A DNA stretch of 64,000 nt from Oscillospiraceae bacterium. Lineage in GTDB: Bacteria > Bacillota > Clostridia > Oscillospirales > Oscillospiraceae. The stretch lies in NCBI GenBank assembly GCA_016286665.1, contig JAEETX010000004.1:2718-66717 (forward strand), written 5' to 3'. The notes beneath the pieces were generated by a model that was not told the origin of the DNA, ran no database searches, and saw nothing but the letters and a program-made list of their open reading frames with translations. The translations under genes and the position numbers were made by a program. Positions 53,045 through 60,335 of the stretch are shown here, one piece after another (the stretch's first letter is position 1; each line of letters opens with the position of its first letter).

Positions 53045-54045
53045 CAGCTTTGCCTTCTTCTCCGGGCCGCCGTCGCCGCAGTATCCCGCGGGTGGCCCTT
53101 TTCGTATTTTTCATAGGCTTCGATGATTTTCTGCACCAGCGCGTGACGCACGACGTCGTCTCCGGTCAGGCGGCAGATTTCGATGTCGTCGATGTCCCGC
53201 AGCACGTTGACGACCTCCTTGAGGCCGCTGACCTTGTCCCGCGGGAGATCGATCTGGGTAACGTCGCCGGTGATGACCGCCTTGCTTCCGAAGCCGATGC
53301 GGGTCAGGAACATCTTCATCTGTTCCCGCGATGTGTTCTGCGCTTCATCCAGGATGATGAAGGAATCGTCCAGAGTCCGCCCGCGCATATAGGCCAGAGG
53401 CGCAACCTCGATATTCCCCTTTTCCAGGTAATTCTGATAGGTTTCGGCCCCCAGCATGTCGAAAAGCGCATCGTAGAGCGGGCGCAGATAGGGGTCGACC
53501 TTGTTCTGCAGATCGCCGGGCAGGAAGCCCAGCTTCTCCCCCGCTTCTACCGCGGGCCGGGTGAGAATGATGCGGTTGACTTCCTTGGCACGGAAAGCCG
53601 TCACCGCGCAGGCGACGGCCAGATATGTCTTGCCGGTGCCTGCCGGACCGATCGCCAGGGTCACCGTGTTATTGCGGATCGCCTCGATATAGCTGCGCTG
53701 TCCCAGGGTCTTCGCCTTGATGGGTTTGCCCTTGGCGGTGATGCAGACGACGTCGTCCGCCAGCTGGGAGATCCGATCCGCCCGCCCGTCCATCGTCAGC
53801 TTCAGGGCGTAGCGCACATTCTGCGTGGTGACCGGTTCGCCGCGGGAGGCAAGGGCTAAAAGTCCGGTCAACGCCTGTTCCGCATAGCTGACCGGCTCCT
53901 CCTCCCCGACGATATGCAGCTCGGAATCCCGGTCGGTGATGTGTACGCCGAGTTCGCTTTCCAGAATATGAAGGTTTTCATCGAAGGAGCCGAATACGCT
54001 AACCAGGTTTTCGATCCGGTCGATGCCGATGGTTTTTTCCGCCAT
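53044..54045 (-). CDS. phoH: PhoH-family ATPase (YbeZ-like)
   Basis: Walker A GPAGTGKTYLAV, Walker B IILDEAQN and the motif ITGDVTQIDLP. Confidence 0.93.
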   Translation of the reverse strand: MAEKTIGIDRIENLVSVFGSFDENLHILESELGVHITDRDSELHIVGEEEPVSYAEQALTGLLALASRGEPVTTQNVRYALKLTMDGRADRISQLADDVVCITAKGKPIKAKTLGQRSYIEAIRNNTVTLAIGPAGTGKTYLAVACAVTAFRAKEVNRIILTRPAVEAGEKLGFLPGDLQNKVDPYLRPLYDALFDMLGAETYQNYLEKGNIEVAPLAYMRGRTLDDSFIILDEAQNTSREQMKMFLTRIGFGSKAVITGDVTQIDLPRDKVSGLKEVVNVLRDIDDIEICRLTGDDVVRHALVQKIIEAYEKYEKGHPRDTAATAARRRRQS

Positions 54046-54072
54046 AGTTTCCTCTCTCTTTTGTTCAGTTTC

Positions 54073-55266
54073 TTATGTTCCGCTGATATCCCGCTCCTCG
54101 CCGATATTCTCCCGGCACTGGGCCAGCATCGTCACGCGGAGCACGCCCCCTCTCCGCTCCCGCTGGAAGCCGGTTTCCAGGACCTCCGCTTCCGGCGCTT
54201 CCAGGCTGAGCCGGTAAAGCAGGCGATCCTCCAGAAGCTGAGCGCCTTCTTCTTCGCCGAGCTCCCGCGAAGAGAGCGCATAGGCGCGGCAGCGGGTCCT
54301 GATAAAGCGCAGGGGCAGCGCCAGTCCGAAAGCGGACAGGCGTTTGCTTTCCTGTATTCTATCATAGCAATCCCCGGAAATGCTACAGTCATTGTAAAAA
54401 TTCAGCCGCAAATCGCCGATTTCCAGGCTGCACAGCGCCCTTTCTTCGCCGGTGTACGTCTTTTCCCATATTTCCAGCGGCATTTCCGCGCTCAGTATAT
54501 ACCAAGTCCTGGCAAAAACGCGTCCCATGGCGTGAACGCGCCGGGTCTGACCCTGCCGGTCGGTCAGAACGCCGGTGATCAGCGTCTGGCCGCGAAGCAC
54601 CGTATCCCCCTTCTTCACCAGCGCCCTGCCTTCCAGGATGTTCATGCTTTCTATGGTGCCGGTCTTTCCGGCCGCGACCTCCCGCGGAAGATGATCGTCC
54701 ACGATCTCCGGCGGCAGCCGCCGCTCCCGCACGACCACCAGTGCCCTGCTGCCGTGGACCTGCACCGTGCACCAGCTGAGCTTTTCCAGGGCCTCCTGCA
54801 TCCGGCTGCGTATCTGCGCGTTGTCCAGATGAAGACCACTGACGCCGGGATAGACCCCCACTGCCTCCAGAGCGGAGAGGATATCCCCGTGGCTGACGGT
54901 CAGGTTCCCGCTGACTTCGATTTCCCATAGGCAGGTGGAAAGCCACAGGAAGCACAGGAGGAACGGAAGCGGGATCAGCAGAAGATAAGCCCGTTTTCGG
55001 AAGCGGCGCAGAAAATGGAGAAAGCCTGCCCTGCGGAGCACGGAAATCTCCGCGCCGGTCCGGCTCCCGATCGCCTGCGCCCGGTCTGCGGCGTACGCCG
55101 GGATATCGAAGCGGTATCGGTTCTCCCCCATGCAGCGGAAATCGGAAGCGTCGATCCCTGCAAGACAGAACGCCGTCATCAGCTCTGCCGGATCCCGGCA
55201 GAGGGCCTGCATCCGCACCCCTTCCGTCAGCCACAGCTCAGAGCGCATGTTCGGCAACAAGTTCAA
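54073..55266 (-). CDS. yqfD: Sporulation protein YqfD
   Basis: 397 aa with a central TM (LLIPLPFLLCFLW) and WEIEVSGN. Conserved yqfC-yqfD-phoH synteny. Confidence 0.85.
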   Translation of the reverse strand: MNLLPNMRSELWLTEGVRMQALCRDPAELMTAFCLAGIDASDFRCMGENRYRFDIPAYAADRAQAIGSRTGAEISVLRRAGFLHFLRRFRKRAYLLLIPLPFLLCFLWLSTCLWEIEVSGNLTVSHGDILSALEAVGVYPGVSGLHLDNAQIRSRMQEALEKLSWCTVQVHGSRALVVVRERRLPPEIVDDHLPREVAAGKTGTIESMNILEGRALVKKGDTVLRGQTLITGVLTDRQGQTRRVHAMGRVFARTWYILSAEMPLEIWEKTYTGEERALCSLEIGDLRLNFYNDCSISGDCYDRIQESKRLSAFGLALPLRFIRTRCRAYALSSRELGEEEGAQLLEDRLLYRLSLEAPEAEVLETGFQRERRGGVLRVTMLAQCRENIGEERDISGT

Positions 55267-55549
55267 CGGCGCTGAAAGCGCCCTGCAGGCGAAGCTCCCG
55301 CCAGGTCATTCGTTTCATCACGATATCCTTTCCCCGAATATGGATCAGCCCGCCGCCGGTCTCCACCAGCACACTTTCCTCCGCAAAGGAGCGCAGGCCC
55401 CGATGCGGTTCGATCACCAGGCTGCGCATGGCGTCGATCCGGATTTCCGGAAGACCTCCGTCGAAGCTGAGCGGGATATCCGCCGGGCCTGTCAGTTTTC
55501 GGAGCGCAAGTGTTATCCCCTTCAAGAAAGATCGCCTCCCTGTCCGCAT
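55238..55549 (-). CDS. yqfC: Sporulation protein YqfC (YabP family)
   Basis: DIPLSFDGGLPEIRIDAMRSLVIEPHRGLRSF...IHIRGKDIVMK. An alternative TTG start at 55525 lies 9 nt after GGGAGG. Confidence 0.8.
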   Translation of the reverse strand: MRTGRRSFLKGITLALRKLTGPADIPLSFDGGLPEIRIDAMRSLVIEPHRGLRSFAEESVLVETGGGLIHIRGKDIVMKRMTWRELRLQGAFSAVELVAEHAL

Positions 55550-55589
55550 AGGTTTATATCACCTATTCTATCTTTGCGGGGGTCGGGAT

Positions 55590-56570
55590 ATGCGGAGACG
55601 GTCTTTGAAGAATCTCACGCTCTTTCTGCCGGTTACGGCGGCGTTTCTCCTGCTGGTCCTTCACGCGGACGCCGCCTCCGCGGCGGCAAAGGCGGGTCTG
55701 GAAGTTTGCCTCCGGAGCGTGATCCCTTCGCTGTTCCCCTTTCTGATCCTGACGAATCTTTTGCTGCGGCTGGAGCTTCCGGATATCCTGACGGATATAC
55801 CGGGAAGACTTTTCGAGCGGGTATTCCACATACGGCGGAGCGCATTTCCCGCGCTTCTGGCCGGTCTCATGGGCGGTTTTCCTGTGGGTGCGGAAGCTGC
55901 GGCAGCCTGCTGCCGGCTGGGTAAGTGTTCGCCGGAGGAGGCCGGCCGGCTGGCGGTGTTTTCCGATAATTGCAGTCCCGGCTTCCTGTTCGGCCTTGTC
56001 GGCAGCATACTGCCTGGCGGAAACCGTCAGGCGTTTCTCCTCCTTGTGCTGCAATGGGCGGTTTCCCTGGGAATGGGCGTGATTCTCGGGATCGGTCGTC
56101 AGCCGTCGGAAGGCGCATCCGGCCCGGAGGCCGCATCGTCGGATCCCGTATTCGGAAAAATCACCGCCTCCTTTCTCGGCGGCGGGCGTTCCGTGCTGCT
56201 GATCTGCGCCTACGTCGTCTTTTTCCGGGTGCTCAGCGCATTTCTTCCGGAAGACGCGCTTCTGCGGGGCATGTTCGAGTTGACCGGCGGCATCCTGCTG
56301 CTGTCCGGTCCCCGGGCGGCGGCAGTCGCCGCGTTTCTGATCGGCTGGGGCGGACTTTCCGCCGCCTTTCAGGTGTTTTCTTCGCTGGAGGGTAGCGAAG
56401 TTTCCGTGGTGCGCTATATTCCCCTGCGGCTGCTTCACGGCGGTATGATGGCTGTCTGCGTTCTGCTCCTGCCATATAGCGCGGCGTTTCCCGTCCTTTT
56501 TGCCGCCTTGCTTTTCACCGCCGCGTTTTTTGTGAAAAGAGGTAGAAAAAAGGCGGTTTCTGAGCTATAA
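55590..56570 (+). CDS. ylbJ: YlbJ-like sporulation integral membrane protein (nucleoside-recognition/Gate domain)
   Basis: Internal ATG at 55590. AAKAGLEVCLRSVIPSLFPFLILTNLL and GGFPVGAE are typical of the family. Confidence 0.6.
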   Translation: MRRRSLKNLTLFLPVTAAFLLLVLHADAASAAAKAGLEVCLRSVIPSLFPFLILTNLLLRLELPDILTDIPGRLFERVFHIRRSAFPALLAGLMGGFPVGAEAAAACCRLGKCSPEEAGRLAVFSDNCSPGFLFGLVGSILPGGNRQAFLLLVLQWAVSLGMGVILGIGRQPSEGASGPEAASSDPVFGKITASFLGGGRSVLLICAYVVFFRVLSAFLPEDALLRGMFELTGGILLLSGPRAAAVAAFLIGWGGLSAAFQVFSSLEGSEVSVVRYIPLRLLHGGMMAVCVLLLPYSAAFPVLFAALLFTAAFFVKRGRKKAVSEL

Positions 56571-56590
56571 TGCCGGTGAGGTGATCCGCT

Positions 56591-56797
56591 GTGCTGTTCC
56601 GCAGTAAAATCGAACCCTCCTGCTCCTATTGCCGGCATGGCCGCCCCGGTCAGGATGATGAAGTGCTCTGTATCCATCACGGGGTCATGCAGCCTTGGGA
56701 CAAGTGCCGCCGTTTCGACTATGATCCTCTGCGCCGTGTTCCGGAATCGGAACCCGTTCCGCTTACGGACGTCGATCCCGCTTCCTTTGAGCTTTGA
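56591..56797 (+). CDS. Small Cys-containing hypothetical protein (68 aa, CxxC...C...C)
   Basis: GTG start. CSYCRHG...VLCIHHG...DKCRRFDYDP resembles small proteins I recall being conserved in Clostridia. Confidence 0.45.
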   Translation: MLFRSKIEPSCSYCRHGRPGQDDEVLCIHHGVMQPWDKCRRFDYDPLRRVPESEPVPLTDVDPASFEL

Positions 56798-56800
56798 TAT

Positions 56801-56965
56801 TAGAGCGTGTTCACACTACCGCTCAACGACCGGATTTTGGCCTGTTTTCCGCCATGCTGCGTTGCATTCCCTTGAAATACACAGAGTATTTCTGCGGAAA
56901 TGCGCCTTGCCTGACGAAAAACAGACGCAAAACCAGCTCATCTCCGGTAGTGTGAACACGCTCTA
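56801..56965. repeat. 165-bp MITE-like palindromic element with 21-bp perfect terminal inverted repeats
   Basis: tagagcgtgttcacactaccg at 56801-56821 and cggtagtgtgaacacgctcta at 56945-56965. The interior is also an imperfect palindrome with apical hairpin gaaatac/gtatttc. TA occupies the outermost position at each end. Confidence 0.7.
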
Positions 56966-57083
56966 GCCTCTTGGGCAGGAATCGAGAAAACGGGGCTTGC
57001 TATTTCCGAGCGGACGGCTTATGATACGCGTAAGAGAATAACATGACCGCCGCTTTCGAGCGGCGGAAGAATCGGAGGCTGCT

Positions 57084-58127
57084 ATGAATTCCATTTTTGC
57101 CGAAGCCGCAGCGCTTTGCAGGGCGGGAACGCCCTTCGTCTGGGCTTCCATCATTTCACAGGACGGTTCCACGCCCCGCGGCGCCGGGAGCCGGATGCTG
57201 GTGCTTGAGGGCAGCATTGTCGGCACCATCGGCGGCGGCGGCATGGAGGCCGGCGTCATGTCCATGGCCAGAAACAGCGTTTTGAAAGACGGGAAGCCCC
57301 GCATCATGCATTACGATATGAGCGGGACCGAGGCTGCCACCGCAGGGCTGATCTGCGGCGGTGTGTGCGACGTCCTTCTGGCCTATATGGAACCGCAGTA
57401 TGCCGATGTGCTGGAGGCTGCGGCACAGGCGGAGAGCGACGGCACGCCCGCCTGGATTTTCTATATTCTCGACGAGAGAGAGGACAGCGAGCTCCCCTTC
57501 CAGCTCTGCCTGAATGTGGGCGGCGAACGGCTGGTGGGTTCCTTCCGCGGCAATCAGAATTTTGTCCGTCAGATGCTCCTGAATCCGATCCGGGTCGCCA
57601 TCCACGGCGATATGGCCGATGGGATGCGCTTCATCGCCCAGGATGTGGGTTCCGCCCCCAGAATGTATCTTTTCGGCGCGGGCCACGTCTCCTGCGAGGT
57701 GGCAAAGATCGCCGTGAACTGCGGCTTCCATGTGACCGCCATTGACGATCGGGCGGATTTCTGCAACACTGATCGCTTCCCCGGCTGCAGCTGCGTTGTG
57801 ATCGACAGCTTTGAGCGCATGCCCGATTTTCCCGTCGACGGGGCCAGCTACGTCGTCATCATGACCCGGGGACATTCCTACGACAAGGAAGTGCTCCGCT
57901 GGGCGCTGGGGAAAAAACCCTCTTATCTGGGCATGATCGGCAGCAAATCCAAGCGGGACACGCTCTACCGGAAGCTTCATGAGGAAGAAGGCTTTCCCAT
58001 GGAGCAGCTGCAGGCCGTCTGCTGCCCCATCGGTCTCAGCATCTCGGCCGAAACGCCGGAGGAGATCGCCGTCAGCGTCATGGCGGAGGTCATCCGGCAT
58101 CGCCGGGCGTCCATGAGCGGCAAATAA
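57084..58127 (+). CDS. XdhC/CoxI-family molybdoenzyme maturation protein
   Basis: N-domain WASIISQDGSTPRGAGSRMLV and a Rossmann-like C-domain LFGAGHVSCEVAKIA. SD GGAGG. Confidence 0.8.
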   Translation: MNSIFAEAAALCRAGTPFVWASIISQDGSTPRGAGSRMLVLEGSIVGTIGGGGMEAGVMSMARNSVLKDGKPRIMHYDMSGTEAATAGLICGGVCDVLLAYMEPQYADVLEAAAQAESDGTPAWIFYILDEREDSELPFQLCLNVGGERLVGSFRGNQNFVRQMLLNPIRVAIHGDMADGMRFIAQDVGSAPRMYLFGAGHVSCEVAKIAVNCGFHVTAIDDRADFCNTDRFPGCSCVVIDSFERMPDFPVDGASYVVIMTRGHSYDKEVLRWALGKKPSYLGMIGSKSKRDTLYRKLHEEEGFPMEQLQAVCCPIGLSISAETPEEIAVSVMAEVIRHRRASMSGK

Positions 58128-58130
58128 TCC

Positions 58131-58158
58131 TTGCAATCTCAGGGGAATATGCTATAAT
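58131..58158 (+). promoter_or_regulatory. Sigma-70-type promoter of tRNA-Arg (TTGCAA-16-TATAAT)
   Basis: -35 at 58131-58136 and -10 at 58153-58158. Confidence 0.65.
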
Positions 58159-58199
58159 GCCTCTTGCCCCTCATGGGGCAAGAGGTTTCTGCACGTCAA

Positions 58200-58276
58200 G
58201 CCCACGTAGCTCAGCAGGATAGAGCGGCCGCCTCCTAAGCGGCAGGCCAGAGGTTCGAATCCTCCCGTGGGTGCCA
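58200..58276 (+). tRNA. tRNA-Arg (anticodon CCT)
   Basis: Manual cloverleaf: acceptor GCCCACG/CGTGGGT, anticodon stem GCCGC/GCGGC with loop CTCCTAA, T-loop TTCGAAT, encoded CCA; 77 nt. Confidence 0.9.
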
Positions 58277-58308
58277 AAAAGGAAGCTGGATTTCCAGCTT
58301 CCTTTTTT
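58277..58308 (+). terminator. Rho-independent terminator after tRNA-Arg
   Basis: Stem aaaaggaagctgg / ccagcttcctttt followed by a T run. Confidence 0.85.
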
Positions 58309-58532
58309 ATTGGGTTCGACATAGGTTCGATCAGGAATCCCGCTCAAGCCGGCGAGAGATTCAGATCTTTTTTCTTCTTTTTGCCCAGCCAGTCGGCTGC
58401 GGTTCCGCGCGTCCGGTCCGGATCGGAGGCTGCGGCAGTCTCACTGTTCGTCGGCGGGACGTTGGCTCGTTTGCGCTTCGCATATGTATAACGAATTGTC
58501 CAACTCCGCACTGCCTCGGCAGGCTGTTATGA

Positions 58533-60014
58533 TCAATTATAACCCATGCGCTCGCGCGCGGCCTTGAAGCTCTCCATCGCCTCGCGGATCGCTGCTTCAT
58601 CGCCGCTCCCCTGCAGACTTTTCACCTTGTCATACTGGCGGCGGGCGATGACCGCCATCTGCGTGGGATCGCTGGAGGTGGGGTCGGGGGTGTATCTGGG
58701 ATCGTTTGCCAGCTTGGCGATCTCGGGGCTGCGGTAACTCAGCGTCTCCTCGCTGCCTTCCCCGACGGGGCCTTGCGCCGTCGCCGTGTCGGCTGCGGCA
58801 GGCGCACCGCCGCCCCTGAGCCGGCCTGCCAGGCCAAGGAAGTTAAGAATGCCTCTCGAGCCGCTCAGATCCTCAAAGTCTTCCGCGGCAGTTCCCATCT
58901 TCGACGCGTCAGCGCCCTCCATGTTCTGGTTGATGCCTCTCTGAAGCGATTTGGATAGTTTGACCAGCTGCTTCTTCTTTTGGGGATCCGTTTCACCCAC
59001 CGATCTCATGGTGCCGTGCGGCGCAGCGGCGCGCAGCATGAAGTTGCTCATGAGCATCTGGTCCTGATCCGCCTCGTTCGCGTAATGCACGGAGCCCTGG
59101 AACGCCCCTCTCGCGCCGGTGATCATGTGGGTCAGGTGCTTGTCGCCCTCTACGGCGGCGGTGAGCATATCCGAAGCCTGGTCTACCCGCTCCATGCCTG
59201 TCAGACCGCCGGTTGCGTCCTCGATCTTTGACATGTGGGGATCGACAAGGCGCCTGAGCATTTCATTATAGGTCCTGTTGGCGTCGCCGACGCCCGCTGA
59301 TTTTCTCCACGTCTCCGAGAAAGCGACTTGCTTGGACGAGTCGTTGTACTTCTGCAGTTCTCCGCTCATCTCGGCGTTGAAATCCCTGAGCACGCGGTCC
59401 TGCACGTCCTGCCGCTGGAGGTCCTTCAGCTTTGCTCCGCGGATCATTTCAGGCGTGAGCTTTTCGGCGTTGACCAGCTTCTTGGAGCCCTTCGACGCCT
59501 GCATCGGCCCGGCGGCGCTCGTCGCCGAGACGTTCGACATCGCCGCCGTCGGCGCGGCGTAGACCTGCTGGCCTGATGCGGCCATCGCGCCCTCACGGTC
59601 GGCGCGGGCCTCGAGCATGGAATCGTTCAGAAATCCGCCGCCGCTTACCTCGCCGCGCTGCTGCGAAACCACATGGCTGATCTCATGGCCCAGCAGCGCC
59701 TGTCCGCTGTAGCTGGTAAAGTCCAGCACGCCGGGCGCAAAGGCGATGCTGCTGCCCTGGGCGACGGCGTTGGCGCCCGCGTCGGCCACGGTCTGGCTCT
59801 CATAGAGCCTGACGGCGGAGAGGTCGGCCCCGAAGGACGCCTCCATCTTCGCGCGGATGGCGTCGGGCAGATCGACGCGGTGGCCTATCTGTTCCTGACT
59901 CGGCGCGGCGCCTGCGCGCAGGGCTTCCAGACTCGGACCCGAAACGGCGGCTTCCGTCTGGGCCGCCTGCTTCACGGCGCTTTTTTTCTTATCGGCATAT
60001 GCAGAAATCCCCAT
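58533..60014 (-). CDS. DUF4157-domain (HExxH metallopeptidase-like) protein with an uncharacterised ~330-aa C-terminal region
   Basis: N-terminal LPDAIRAKMEASFGADLSAVRLYES...AFAPG...LLGHEISHVVSQQRG matches the DUF4157 pattern. No signal peptide. SD AAGAGGAG. Confidence 0.8.
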   Translation of the reverse strand: MGISAYADKKKSAVKQAAQTEAAVSGPSLEALRAGAAPSQEQIGHRVDLPDAIRAKMEASFGADLSAVRLYESQTVADAGANAVAQGSSIAFAPGVLDFTSYSGQALLGHEISHVVSQQRGEVSGGGFLNDSMLEARADREGAMAASGQQVYAAPTAAMSNVSATSAAGPMQASKGSKKLVNAEKLTPEMIRGAKLKDLQRQDVQDRVLRDFNAEMSGELQKYNDSSKQVAFSETWRKSAGVGDANRTYNEMLRRLVDPHMSKIEDATGGLTGMERVDQASDMLTAAVEGDKHLTHMITGARGAFQGSVHYANEADQDQMLMSNFMLRAAAPHGTMRSVGETDPQKKKQLVKLSKSLQRGINQNMEGADASKMGTAAEDFEDLSGSRGILNFLGLAGRLRGGGAPAAADTATAQGPVGEGSEETLSYRSPEIAKLANDPRYTPDPTSSDPTQMAVIARRQYDKVKSLQGSGDEAAIREAMESFKAARERMGYN

Positions 60015-60054
60015 GGCGATCTCCTCTTAAACCCAAATATTCTCATTTTTTAGT

Positions 60055-60084
60055 ATTATAAAAATACGTCGGTCTCCTTGTCAA
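60055..60084 (-). promoter_or_regulatory. Consensus sigma-70 promoter of the DUF4157 gene (TTGACA-18-TATAAT)
   Basis: On the minus strand, TTGACA at 60084-60079 and TATAAT at 60060-55, about 40 nt upstream of the ATG. Confidence 0.7.
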
Positions 60085-60335
60085 GACCACGGTATGAAAA
60101 ACATCGTGAACCGGTATTTACTAAAATTCATATTGACGAAGCTGATGTGGCAGTGAAATGACGCCAATCGCCGCGCGTCAGCTAACCTCATTTTCTTCTG
60201 ATTTGTGTGCGCTTCCCGCTGCCGTCGCCCTGCTTTGCATGAAAGGAGACGCGACGCTCAGCTTTCCTGTGTATTTACATTCCGCAGATAATCTGATAAA
60301 ATTAACCGAATAATGGAGCAGAAGGTACCGTTTCT

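Noticed and set aside
56801-56965. 6S RNA or another known rod-shaped sRNA as the identity of the palindromic element.
   Set aside because: The 21-bp perfect closing stem and near-symmetrical arms fit a MITE better than the 6S architecture with its large asymmetric central bubble, and no promoter or terminator is evident. I cannot exclude it without Rfam or expression data, so it is mentioned only as an alternative.
58361-58600. A 79-aa minus-strand ORF downstream of the DUF4157 gene, considered as a possible immunity gene.
   Set aside because: It overlaps the 3' end of the DUF4157 CDS, has no SD and encodes an Arg/Pro-rich peptide. The shorter internal options (40 aa, 55 aa) also lack ribosome-binding sites. 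I discuss the region only as a possible decayed fragment.
60158-60313. A 51-codon ORF (MTPIAARQLTSF...) and a 20-codon ORF (60096-60158) in the 321-bp divergent intergenic region.
   Set aside because: Neither has a convincing SD or a recognisable motif, and the AT-rich promoter region is expected to hold chance ORFs. This could be revisited with Ribo-seq.
58200-60335. A genomic island integrated at tRNA-Arg carrying the DUF4157 gene.
   Set aside because: There is no integrase, recombinase or clear full-length att direct repeat in the window, and the GC content of the DUF4157 gene looks similar to the flanks. Only the weak T-arm-like remnants are reported, as a low-confidence finding.
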